From positions 1-64,000 of the forward strand of contig CBDCEW010000100.1 in NCBI GenBank assembly GCA_965215885.1: 64,000 nucleotides of DNA, written 5' to 3'. Below the pieces are notes generated by a model that saw only the letters and a program-made list of their open reading frames with translations, did not search any database and was not told where the DNA came from. This stretch comes from Candidatus Moanibacter sp. GTDB taxonomy: Bacteria > Verrucomicrobiota > Verrucomicrobiia > Opitutales > UBA2987. This document shows positions 18,819 through 27,272 of the stretch, piece by piece. Position 1 is the stretch's first letter, and each line of letters opens with the position of its first letter. The position numbers and the translations under genes were made by a program.

Positions 18819-19680
18819 AACGCTTTCCAAGCTCTTCGACTTCCCGGTAATTTTCATGGGTTACTTTGACATACCCGTCCACACTGTAGAGATACTTCAG
18901 CAATTGGTGGTCAGGGCCCTCGTCGTTGAGGGCGAGGAGGGCTCTTTGAAGATTCTCAATGGTTTTTTTGGGAAGACCCTTTCGTGCCACCAGGCAGTGA
19001 GATGGGATAGGACGGGAGGAGGCGATTGCGACGATTTTGTCTCGTTCCTCCGGGCGGAGAAGATTATAGGAGTATTGCCCGATTCCCGCCGCATCGACGA
19101 AATTGTTATACACGGCCCTGATAGCCTGCTCGTCTCCTCCCGCAAAATATACCCGATTGAAGAATTTTTCCGGGTCCTCCTCAATGAGACCCTTTTCCTT
19201 AAAGATATCCAGCGGGTACATGAAGCCCGAGGACGAAATCGGATCCACAAAGGCGATGTTTTTTCCACGCAGATCTTCCAATTCTTCGATGCCGCTGTCC
19301 TCCCTCACGAATATCCGTGAGACGTAAGTTTCCTTACCGTTGTAAATCTCACCGAGGATCGGCACAGCCCCAGCCTCTTGACGCGCCATAACGTATTGAA
19401 GCGAGCCCATGAAGCCGACGTCGGCCGTCTTGTTGCGGAGCGCTTCAACCACTCCTGAATAGTCAGTCGCAACGAAGTCCTTGATTTTTGTCCGGAGCTT
19501 TCCCTCCAGATAGCGCACCACCGGTTTAACGTCTTCCAGCAGCTGGTCGGGATTTTCGTAGGCGATAAAAACAATCCTCAGTTCCGGTCCCGAAGGTTTT
19601 GCACTCAGCTTTTGTGGGCCTGAAATTTGCATAAGGGCAAATAGCAGCGCCGAAGTGAAGAGAAGTCTCTTGGTCTTCAT
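18802..19680 (-). CDS. phnD: Phosphate/phosphite/phosphonate-type ABC substrate-binding protein (PhnD family, atypical)
   Basis: Signal peptide; ATDYSGVVEALR, AFVDPISSSGFMYP; the usual G(S/G)H motif reads GGD; RBS AAGGAG. Confidence 0.85.
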   Translation of the reverse strand: MKTKRLLFTSALLFALMQISGPQKLSAKPSGPELRIVFIAYENPDQLLEDVKPVVRYLEGKLRTKIKDFVATDYSGVVEALRNKTADVGFMGSLQYVMARQEAGAVPILGEIYNGKETYVSRIFVREDSGIEELEDLRGKNIAFVDPISSSGFMYPLDIFKEKGLIEEDPEKFFNRVYFAGGDEQAIRAVYNNFVDAAGIGQYSYNLLRPEERDKIVAIASSRPIPSHCLVARKGLPKKTIENLQRALLALNDEGPDHQLLKYLYSVDGYVKVTHENYREVEELGKRYGFIK

Positions 19681-19701
19681 TGTGGTCTCGCTCTCCTTAA
19701 A

Positions 19702-21681
19702 TCAATTGAGTTGGCTGGCGTACTCCTGATAAAGCACACGGTATTCCGTCACTATGGCATCCACAGAGGCGGTTTCTCCGTTCTGATTCGAGGACAGAGC
19801 CTCTTCCATAAGGCCGGCCATCCGGTTCAGAATTGACATGTAGTTCTGATCCTGAAGGTCCCATTTGTGGTTGTGGATTTCCTGCGCAATGGTTTGAAAT
19901 GTTATATCGATTAGATCGGACTTGCCGATCTCTTTGAGGTATTCATAGGCCGAGAGGAAGAAGCTGAATTCCTCCAATTCGGCATCGAGGGTATGGACTG
20001 TCTCCTCGTACGCTTCGATCCCGCTGCCAACAGTCGAGACATACTCGGTGAGTTCATCGATTTCCTGACCGTTGAGTCCCAGATCGTATTGTTCATTAAA
20101 CCAGATGTTGACTGCCCTCAGGGTAGGCTGGCTGCCATCGTGAAAGTAGGGTCCGGTATGCTTTATCCCGAGAAGGGTGGGCGTATCTAGAGCGCGATCC
20201 CGCGAGAAACTGCTGCTTCCTTTCAGACTTCCGATGTCGTGGCGTTTATGATCGAGGAAGTTGGAAGAGGGAATGTGGCATGATGCACAGCTGCGACCGT
20301 TCATCCCCGGAAACGGCCGATGAAATATCGATTCTCCGCGCTTCGCCTGCTCCGAAGCCGTGTCATTGAGTGAGCCATTTCCGTTCAAAGCAGGATTTGC
20401 GAGAAAATCGAACTCAATCATGTAGGCGATTATCCCGTCCATCAGGACCGGATCGGGTTCAGGCCCGTTGAACTCGTTCACGATGACATTCCGTACAAAT
20501 TCACGCAGGGAATCGAAGCGTCCGTTTCTCCCATACGGTGCGGTAAAGCGAATTCCCCGAAGATCGGGAATGTCGAGGGGATCGAAATGACCGTTGCTTG
20601 CATGAACTGCAAAATAACTGTTCGAGACGTCCATACCTCCTTTTCTCCTCGAAAGCCCCGGTATGATAAAGTTTGGATTGGTAATACTCTTGTTGTGACA
20701 GGTGTTGCAGGTGATCTGCAGAGAACGGGCCGGCTCACCGAAGATATAGGAACTGTCAAAGGCCATGTCTCCGAGGGCAATGAGAACTGTCTCGCCTTCA
20801 TCAACACCACGCTCTGCCATGTTCAGGATCTGGCGCGGACGCGGTAACTGTTTGTTAGTGTTACTTCCGGGTGGGAGTTTCGGAGGAACGACCCTCCGCC
20901 CGTCAAAGGATCCGCTGTTTCGCGGCAATGGTGCCAGCCTTCCATTTACAGGCGCGGAGAATTCGCTTCCGAAAGATGCCAGAACGTAATCCGTGATTCT
21001 CTCCGAGAACACGTTGAACCGTTCCCGGTCAGCCGCGACAGCAGCGTAGGTCAAAAAGCCGGGAGAACCCAGCGAACTGGTGAGTTCGAGCCACCATGCT
21101 CCCATCTCTCTGAAGGCAGTTGGATCGGTATACTTTACTTCATGTTCAAAACTCGACCAGATTTGCCTCGCTTCCTTGAGCGACGCCAGCGCTGATTTGT
21201 AATCGTTTAGAGCAGAGCCAGCCTCCTCGAGATGGGCAGTGACAAGGTCAGCCACCGCGCGCGTGGAATATTCAAACAGCCTTTTTGCGGCTCGCTTCCT
21301 TGCTTGAGGTCCCGGCGCTTCATCCTCAACTCTGAGGACGGAATCAAAAACTACAGCGGTGTCGGCCCTCAGCGCCTCCCTCTTCTTCGCATCCAGTTCC
21401 CCCATACCCGCGGCGATCCTTTCCACGTCCCTGACGGCAAGCTCCCAATCCACCGGGTTCAGATTCAATATGAAACTGAGCCGCCGATAGCTTTCTGCCA
21501 CAGGGTGATACTTTTCCGGAGGTACGATATGTGCACTTGCGGGAGGACTCAGCAGCCGCACGATAGCCAGCGTTCCCAGCGCGACTACCATTGAAGACCG
21601 GCTCAGTAACCGCCTCGCCACTCTTCTGCGTGCTCTCTTCGGGCCATACTTTCGCTGCTCTTTCATCCCGTTTTTTCTCAT
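19702..21681 (-). CDS. Di-heme cytochrome c peroxidase/MauG-superfamily protein with extra N- and C-terminal helical domains
   Basis: CNTCH and CASCH; DIPDLRGIRFTAPY and DTPTLLGIKHTGPYFHDGS; signal peptide ending PASA/HIVPP; exact start uncertain. Confidence 0.85.
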   Translation of the reverse strand: MRKNGMKEQRKYGPKRARRRVARRLLSRSSMVVALGTLAIVRLLSPPASAHIVPPEKYHPVAESYRRLSFILNLNPVDWELAVRDVERIAAGMGELDAKKREALRADTAVVFDSVLRVEDEAPGPQARKRAAKRLFEYSTRAVADLVTAHLEEAGSALNDYKSALASLKEARQIWSSFEHEVKYTDPTAFREMGAWWLELTSSLGSPGFLTYAAVAADRERFNVFSERITDYVLASFGSEFSAPVNGRLAPLPRNSGSFDGRRVVPPKLPPGSNTNKQLPRPRQILNMAERGVDEGETVLIALGDMAFDSSYIFGEPARSLQITCNTCHNKSITNPNFIIPGLSRRKGGMDVSNSYFAVHASNGHFDPLDIPDLRGIRFTAPYGRNGRFDSLREFVRNVIVNEFNGPEPDPVLMDGIIAYMIEFDFLANPALNGNGSLNDTASEQAKRGESIFHRPFPGMNGRSCASCHIPSSNFLDHKRHDIGSLKGSSSFSRDRALDTPTLLGIKHTGPYFHDGSQPTLRAVNIWFNEQYDLGLNGQEIDELTEYVSTVGSGIEAYEETVHTLDAELEEFSFFLSAYEYLKEIGKSDLIDITFQTIAQEIHNHKWDLQDQNYMSILNRMAGLMEEALSSNQNGETASVDAIVTEYRVLYQEYASQLN

Positions 21682-21791
21682 CCTCGAAATCTCTCCGCAC
21701 CCTACCCGGAAAGGCCTCCTCCTCCAGCCGTATTGGGTGTAGTATTATCTAATTCTTTTATATCGGTAACTTCATATTAGCCCGGTGAATT

Positions 21792-21813
21792 AAATTTAGC
21801 ATATGATACATTT
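21792..21813. promoter_or_regulatory. MntR-type operator
   Basis: AAATTTAGC-ATAT-GATACATTT, an imperfect 22-bp palindrome with the layout of the E. coli mntH box AAACATAGC-N4-GCTATGTTT; lies between mntR and the operon; overlaps a possible TTGATA-N18-TATGCT promoter on the minus strand. Confidence 0.65.
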
Positions 21814-21860
21814 AAGATACCTATCAACTATGCTAAGCTGTTCGTCAAGAGAAAAATCAA

Positions 21861-22295
21861 CTAATTTTTATCCAGGAATCGTTGCATGGCCTTGAGGGTA
21901 GCATCCGAGGCATGGTGTTCGATACCTTCGGCATCCATGTTGGCGGCCTTCCTGGGTACTCCTAAAGCGAGGAGGAAATCCGTCACGATCCTATGTCTCT
22001 CTCGACTTTGACTCGCCAGCCTCCTGCCTCCCTCCGTAAGGAAAATTGACCGATAGGGTTCCGACCGAGCTAAGCCGGCATCCTTCAGCCGATTGATCGT
22101 CTTCGAAACGGTGACGTGTGAAACACCGAGAACTCGAGCGATGTCAACCGCGCGCGCTTCTCCCTTTTCTCTTATGAGATCGTCGATCAGCTCGACATAA
22201 TCCTCCGCCAATTCGCTCCGATTTCGGTGCCTGGAATGCACGTAGGCATTTGCGGAAGAGAGCTTCCGAAATTTCCTTTTGGTGGATGCTTTCAT
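21861..22295 (-). CDS. mntR: Manganese-binding transcriptional regulator MntR (DtxR family)
   Basis: ELAEDYVELIDDL, EARAVDIARVLGVSHVTV, PYRSIFLT, RERH, DAEGIEHH; no FeoA domain; start at ATG 22295. Confidence 0.92.
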   Translation of the reverse strand: MKASTKRKFRKLSSANAYVHSRHRNRSELAEDYVELIDDLIREKGEARAVDIARVLGVSHVTVSKTINRLKDAGLARSEPYRSIFLTEGGRRLASQSRERHRIVTDFLLALGVPRKAANMDAEGIEHHASDATLKAMQRFLDKN

Positions 22296-22319
22296 CGGTC
22301 TACGGCAAAATCCATCTAT

Positions 22320-22401
22320 TAGGAATCTGGCGGACTCAGAATTCGTAGTCCCGGCAAGCCGGGATCGAAAACAGTTCGAAATTGCCCGACAAGCTGCCAG
22401 G
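22320..22401. mobile_element. Short MITE-like element
   Basis: TAGGAATCTGGCGGACTCA ... CCCGACAAGCTGCCAG ends, internal TCCCGGCAAGCCGGGA hairpin. Confidence 0.5.
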
Positions 22402-22608
22402 CCCAATCAGGCGTCGCTTTTTGCTCCTTTTGAAATATGATAATTGCGCAAGTGTGATGGTATTTAAGGCGGATTGACCTTATAAGTACTCCAATTCGAG
22501 AATACGGTGATATATGGGGAAACGCCCAGATCGCCTTCTTTAGGAATGGGAGCACTACTTAGTATAAACTAAAAGATTCAAGCAAGGGTAAAGTTTAATC
22601 GCTTCGGG

Positions 22609-22692
22609 TTTAATTCCCCGAAGCTTGCTTCGTTTCTAATTCATAAAGTCTAATATCAAATGCCTCGGGGCTTGCCCCGAGGCGATGCTTTT
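22609..22692. mobile_element. Non-autonomous IS200/IS605-type end hairpin pair
   Basis: TTAATTCCCCGAAGCTTGCTTCG ... AAATGCCTCGGGGCTTGCCCCGAGGC: two related hairpins with CTT loops and no transposase. Confidence 0.55.
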
Positions 22693-22732
22693 GATTAGGA
22701 TTTATGAGAAGCTTAGGTGAGGAAACTCGATT

Positions 22733-25093
22733 GTGGGCATTCGGTTAGAAAAACACATATCCGTCTTTAGCCTGATTTGTTGTACCGGGTTGCCTTCTAC
22801 ATTCGGAGAGGTGGAGGCAAATTACGACGGGGTGGCGCCTGCTGGTGCAAAGACGGTCGTCCGGTCGACCTCAGGGGACAATACGGAAGGCGAAGTCACT
22901 GATAGTCCTCGGCAGCGGAGGAGAGTTCTCGATAAGAGAAATCCACTGGCCAGTGAGTACCAGGGACTGGGAGATATCGGATATATTGCATTGGCGGATG
23001 AAGACTCCGAGGGGGTGGACGCCCGGAATCGGATAAAGACCGGCGATTTATTCGAGGGTGAGAGGCGTGAAGTGAAGGGTGAGGTTTCCTATCAATACCA
23101 TGATCAATCAGGGAGTGGCGCCTGGCAGGGGGAGTTTTCCTACCGCCGGATCTTCGGGGAAAAGGAAAATTGGGCAGTTCTTTTTAAGGGGGCAAGAACA
23201 GGCGCGCATCAGCTCTTTGAAAAGAGTGATCTTCGGTGGCGATTGCGCGAATTTTGCGGCGAAACTTTCTTCCTGCTTGATCGGATTCGGCTCGGGCACT
23301 CTTCAATAACTACAGCGATCAATAAGTATGAGTTCGCATTGGAACATCGGCGGGGTGGGGCGCACCGCCTCTATCTCAGGAGTCAGTTTGAGAATCGGAA
23401 AGGATCCGATACCTATCTGCGCTTGCTCCACAGGATTGGCAGGGGAGAGATCGTTGCACTGGAATCGACAGTGGCGACGGTCCGTAATGCGGAAGCCGAA
23501 CGCACTTTGTGGGATTATGAAGAACGCCGTGATCGGGTTCGAGTTCTCGTCGGCGGCGAATCAAAGGGTGCGAAATCACGATTTGATTACAGCTACTACT
23601 TTTCGAAATGGAAGAGGGAACGAACCGGGATGATCAATCCCCTGTTTCGTCGAGAAGGAGTCGACTACAGTTACGTTCTCAATGATACCGCCTTTCCGAT
23701 CGTGTCAGTCGACAACGGAGGGGATCTCAGTGATTCCTCGAGTTTTTCCTTCGCGGAAACATCGAATCGGGACTCTGTAAGCGAGGACCACGACCACGTA
23801 GTGGAGATGAATTACGAGCGACGCTTTGCCATTGGAGACACCTCGGCTGAGCTGAAGTTGGGTGGGGTATTCCGTCGTAAGGAGCGTGTTAATGCAGAGA
23901 GGCGGATGGTCTTGGATGATTTCGACGGCGAGTTTACTTTCGAAGAGATGGCCGGTCCGGACCTGGGCCTGGTCGTTCAGGATACTTATCCGTTCGGGCC
24001 CGATGCCGATACGGGGGCGTTTCGAAGATTCTTTGAAGAGAATCGCGATGGTTTCAGCCTCAACGAGAGCCGGTCGAGAATCGAGTCAGACCCGAACAAT
24101 TATCGTGCCCTCGAGGATGTCGGCGGTGTGTATTTTCTCCAGGGATTCGAGCGAGCGCGCCTGAAAATCCAAGGAGGCGTGCGACTCGAATTTGCGCGAA
24201 CTGAGACTGAGGGCAACGAAGTCATCACCGATGAGAATGGCGACTACCTGCGGACCAACCCAATTCGGCAGGAGGGCGATTACACCCGCCTGCTTCCTAC
24301 TGTGGAAGTCGATTATGCCCTGCCTTCGAACCTCCGCTTACGGGTAGCATGGTTCAAAACTTTGGCTCGCCCGGATTATTTCGACCTGGTACCCTTTCGG
24401 CGAATCTACACGACATCTCAGTTCATTTCAGAGGGAAATCCGGCTCTTGTCCCGACTGGGTTAAGCAACGTGGTTTTAGCTTTGGATGTGGACGGCGGAT
24501 CTACCGGCCAGCTTACCACCTCGCTCTACTATAGAGGGATCGATTCTTTCTTTTATGATTCGGAAGTGACAATTTCGGGTGGAGAGCTCGACGGCTGGGA
24601 CGTCAGACGGAAGGAGAATGGTGAGAGCGGGTCAGTCTGGGGAATCGAATTCAGGTGGAAAAAGGAGCTGAAAAATCTGCCGCTCGGATTGGGCGGCCTT
24701 ACCGCGACGGGATTTTATACCTTCTCCGAGTCGAAGGCAGAGGTTAAATCTCGACCGATGGAGGAGCTCCTGGTCCCGGAACGATCCCGCCACTTCGCAA
24801 GTCTCTCTTTTAGACATACCAGAGGCAGGTGGAAGAGCGAAGTGGCAATCAAGTATCAGAGCGAGTTCCTCGACGATATCGGATCCAGCGCCGACTACGA
24901 TGAATATATCGATGATTATTTTCGGGTGGATTTATCAATTGATTACGAGTTGCGGGAAGGGATGTCATTTTTCGCGAAATTCTACAATTTGGGGGACACT
25001 CCGAAACGCGAATACGAAGGGAACTCCTTGCGCCGCACCGAGGAGGAGTATGGTTCCTGGAGGGTCCGGGCCGGATTTCGGTTCAGCCTCTAG
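22733..25093 (+). CDS. TonB-dependent receptor-like outer membrane beta-barrel with a reduced plug
   Basis: GGVRLEFARTE, LLPTV, FKTLARPDYFDLVP, EGNPALVPT, YNLGD, C-terminal AGFRFSL; only about 110 aa precede the barrel. Confidence 0.85.
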   Translation: MGIRLEKHISVFSLICCTGLPSTFGEVEANYDGVAPAGAKTVVRSTSGDNTEGEVTDSPRQRRRVLDKRNPLASEYQGLGDIGYIALADEDSEGVDARNRIKTGDLFEGERREVKGEVSYQYHDQSGSGAWQGEFSYRRIFGEKENWAVLFKGARTGAHQLFEKSDLRWRLREFCGETFFLLDRIRLGHSSITTAINKYEFALEHRRGGAHRLYLRSQFENRKGSDTYLRLLHRIGRGEIVALESTVATVRNAEAERTLWDYEERRDRVRVLVGGESKGAKSRFDYSYYFSKWKRERTGMINPLFRREGVDYSYVLNDTAFPIVSVDNGGDLSDSSSFSFAETSNRDSVSEDHDHVVEMNYERRFAIGDTSAELKLGGVFRRKERVNAERRMVLDDFDGEFTFEEMAGPDLGLVVQDTYPFGPDADTGAFRRFFEENRDGFSLNESRSRIESDPNNYRALEDVGGVYFLQGFERARLKIQGGVRLEFARTETEGNEVITDENGDYLRTNPIRQEGDYTRLLPTVEVDYALPSNLRLRVAWFKTLARPDYFDLVPFRRIYTTSQFISEGNPALVPTGLSNVVLALDVDGGSTGQLTTSLYYRGIDSFFYDSEVTISGGELDGWDVRRKENGESGSVWGIEFRWKKELKNLPLGLGGLTATGFYTFSESKAEVKSRPMEELLVPERSRHFASLSFRHTRGRWKSEVAIKYQSEFLDDIGSSADYDEYIDDYFRVDLSIDYELREGMSFFAKFYNLGDTPKREYEGNSLRRTEEEYGSWRVRAGFRFSL

Positions 25094-25225
25094 GAATCTG
25101 GCGGACTTATCTTTCTCAATTCCCGTTAGAACCACACCGTTTGGTCTTGATGGTGCGTTGCTGGGGAATTGACCACCGCCATCTTCCTCATTGCTCTGCC
25201 TGGCGGCAGAGCAGGGACTGAATCG

Positions 25226-25296
25226 AATCGTGCGCGGAGCGCCCGATCCACCCGTAGCAAGGATGTTAGTGGTGGAACGGCCCCTCCGGGGACGTT
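25226..25296. repeat. Pair of REP-like palindromes in opposite orientation
   Basis: Minus GGTGGATCGGGCGCTCCGCGCACGATT and plus GGTGGAACGGCCCCTCCGGGGACGTT share a GTGG lead and a hairpin with compensatory changes. Confidence 0.55.
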
Positions 25297-25391
25297 AGTT
25301 TGAGCTTTGCAATGAGGAAAAACAAATACTGACCTACTACCCGAAAAGTCAGATACCCCGTCCTGCTGTACGGAAGAACGGCGGGGAGTTT

Positions 25392-25550
25392 TTATTCTGC
25401 CGCTCTCACCTGCGCCAGGGCGGCCAGGGCATCCTGTGCCTGGGAGGCGGGTTTCGCCTGCAAATCGCGCCATACAACCGTCCCGTCTGTAATGAGAAAC
25501 GCCTGCCTCCTGGCATACCCGCCGTTATGCGGAACGCCAAATGCATTGAC
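25392..25550 (-). pseudogene. C-terminal fragment of a peroxiredoxin (BCP/AhpC-TSA-like)
   Basis: Manual translation VNAFGVPHNGGYARRQAFLITDGTVVWRDLQAKPASQAQDALAALAQVRAAE*; in-frame stop just upstream and no catalytic-Cys segment; not in the ORF track. Confidence 0.6.
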
Positions 25551-25706
25551 CCCGGCGCCTTTTGGCGGACTTCGATTGGTGCGCTCATCGTTTTCTTTAC
25601 CTCTTCGGCCGCAAGCAGCCTTCCTACAACAAATTATGAAACTCGCAGGAAGCTCGCTTGCGAGCGATAGCCCGTTATCTTGGCGCCATTCCCCTCAGAC
25701 ACCGCA

Positions 25707-27194
25707 TTATCGGTCGGACTCCCGATGGAGAAAACGGTGGAGTCGGGCGGCTAATTTGGGGCCGATTCCGGAGACTTTCTGGAGGGTTTTGGCAGGCGCT
25801 TTTTTCAAGGCATCGATAGTCTTAAAATAGGAGAGAAGTGCCTTTCTTTTGACCGGTCCCAGCCCGGCCATTTCGTCCAATACAGTCTCTTTGATGCGAC
25901 GGGAGCGAATCTGAGCGCTATAGGTGTTGGCGAAGCGATGAGCTTCGTCTCGGAGGCGTTGGAGGAGTTTGAGCGCTTCACTATGAAGAGGGAGATTGAG
26001 GGGAGGGCGTTCGTCGACGAAGTGAATTGTCTCACGCTTTTTCGCAAGACCCACGAGCTGAGGCGGTTCCAGTCCGTGGGCCAGGAAGGCACGTAAAGCG
26101 GCTGTCAGTTGACCCCTTCCGCCATCGATAACGACAAGGTCGGGAAAGCGTTTCTTATCACTGTGAAGCCTGAGGTAGCGACGCTCCACGACCTCTTCCA
26201 TGGCACGATAGTCGTCATTACCGATAAAGCTCTTTATCTTGAATCGCCGGTAGTGATTTCTGTCCGGCCTGCCGTCCCGAAATTGTACCATCGAAGCGAC
26301 AACGAAAGTGCCCGAAATGTGGCTGATATCGAAACATTCGATCTGTTCGGGCAAGGTGGGAAGGGCGAGGACGGAACGGAGGTCCTCGAGGGTGGCGGTC
26401 GGCTCAATCGGGCGCAAGGCGAGAGGATCTCTTATGAACTTGCGGGTTTTCAAAATTGTCTTTTCGAGGGCGAAGACGATGTCGCGCAGTTCCGCGGCCC
26501 TCTCAAAATGCTGCTTTTGTGCCTCCGCCACCATTTCGCCCTTTAACTCCACTAGCCATTGGCGCGACTTTCCCTCGAGGAAGACGCATGCTTCATGGAC
26601 TCTTTTCCGATAGGTTTCCACAGTTGTGTAATTGGCGTGCCCGTAAATCTCGGATCGAATGTCGTCGTAGAGCTTCCACCTGCCATCCCCTTGTTTTGCA
26701 GGGCGCGCGTCGCCGAGGAGTATCCCGAAGCGACGGCGCATCTCACCGAGGGTCTTACGGAGGAGGCCGGAATGAGCGAAGGGTCCGAAGTAAAGCGACT
26801 GATCCTCTTTGTGAATACGGGATAGTCGAAAATGCGGTAATTCATTCTTCAAGTCGACACGGACGAGGAGGAAGCGCTTGTCATCCGTGAAATCGGTATT
26901 GTATTTGGGTTTCCACTGTTTGATGAGTTTGCCTTCGAGAAGGAGAGCTTCCGCTTCGGATCTGACTTCTATAAAGTCGAAGTCGCGGACGAGCTTAATC
27001 ATCGCCTCGATCTTTGGTTGACCGGCAAGGAAGCGTCTGGAGGGCTGAAAATAGGTGGCCACCCTCTTCTTGAGATCTCTCGCTTTGCCTACGTAGATGA
27101 CGCGATTGAGACGATCTTTCATCAGGTAGACCCCGGGACGGTGGGGTAATCCACGCACCCGTTCTTTAATATTGATAATATCGGGAGTTGGCAT
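25707..27194 (-). CDS. uvrC: Excinuclease ABC subunit C
   Basis: GIY-YIG PGVYLMKD...IYVGKARDL, ECFDISH, DGGRGQL, RDEAHRFA, C-terminal HhH. Confidence 0.97.
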   Translation of the reverse strand: MPTPDIINIKERVRGLPHRPGVYLMKDRLNRVIYVGKARDLKKRVATYFQPSRRFLAGQPKIEAMIKLVRDFDFIEVRSEAEALLLEGKLIKQWKPKYNTDFTDDKRFLLVRVDLKNELPHFRLSRIHKEDQSLYFGPFAHSGLLRKTLGEMRRRFGILLGDARPAKQGDGRWKLYDDIRSEIYGHANYTTVETYRKRVHEACVFLEGKSRQWLVELKGEMVAEAQKQHFERAAELRDIVFALEKTILKTRKFIRDPLALRPIEPTATLEDLRSVLALPTLPEQIECFDISHISGTFVVASMVQFRDGRPDRNHYRRFKIKSFIGNDDYRAMEEVVERRYLRLHSDKKRFPDLVVIDGGRGQLTAALRAFLAHGLEPPQLVGLAKKRETIHFVDERPPLNLPLHSEALKLLQRLRDEAHRFANTYSAQIRSRRIKETVLDEMAGLGPVKRKALLSYFKTIDALKKAPAKTLQKVSGIGPKLAARLHRFLHRESDR

Positions 27195-27272
27195 TTCTTA
27201 ACTTCTGCGCTATTAGTAACTGTATAGATCTTGAAAAGAGGGATCAAGTAATCGAGAGCAAATTCCTACACT

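Noticed and set aside
17197..19680. Standard phosphonate or phosphite utilisation operon
   Set aside because: No phnG-M, phnX/W or ptxD in the window, an MntR-like box upstream and an altered binding motif; gene symbols are family labels only
21690..21790. yybP-ykoY manganese riboswitch in the operon leader
   Set aside because: I could not identify the four-way junction or conserved loop motifs by eye; an Infernal scan is needed to exclude it
25126..25473. 115-aa minus-strand ORF
   Set aside because: Runs across REP-like repeats and out of frame with the peroxiredoxin remnant; no protein-like features
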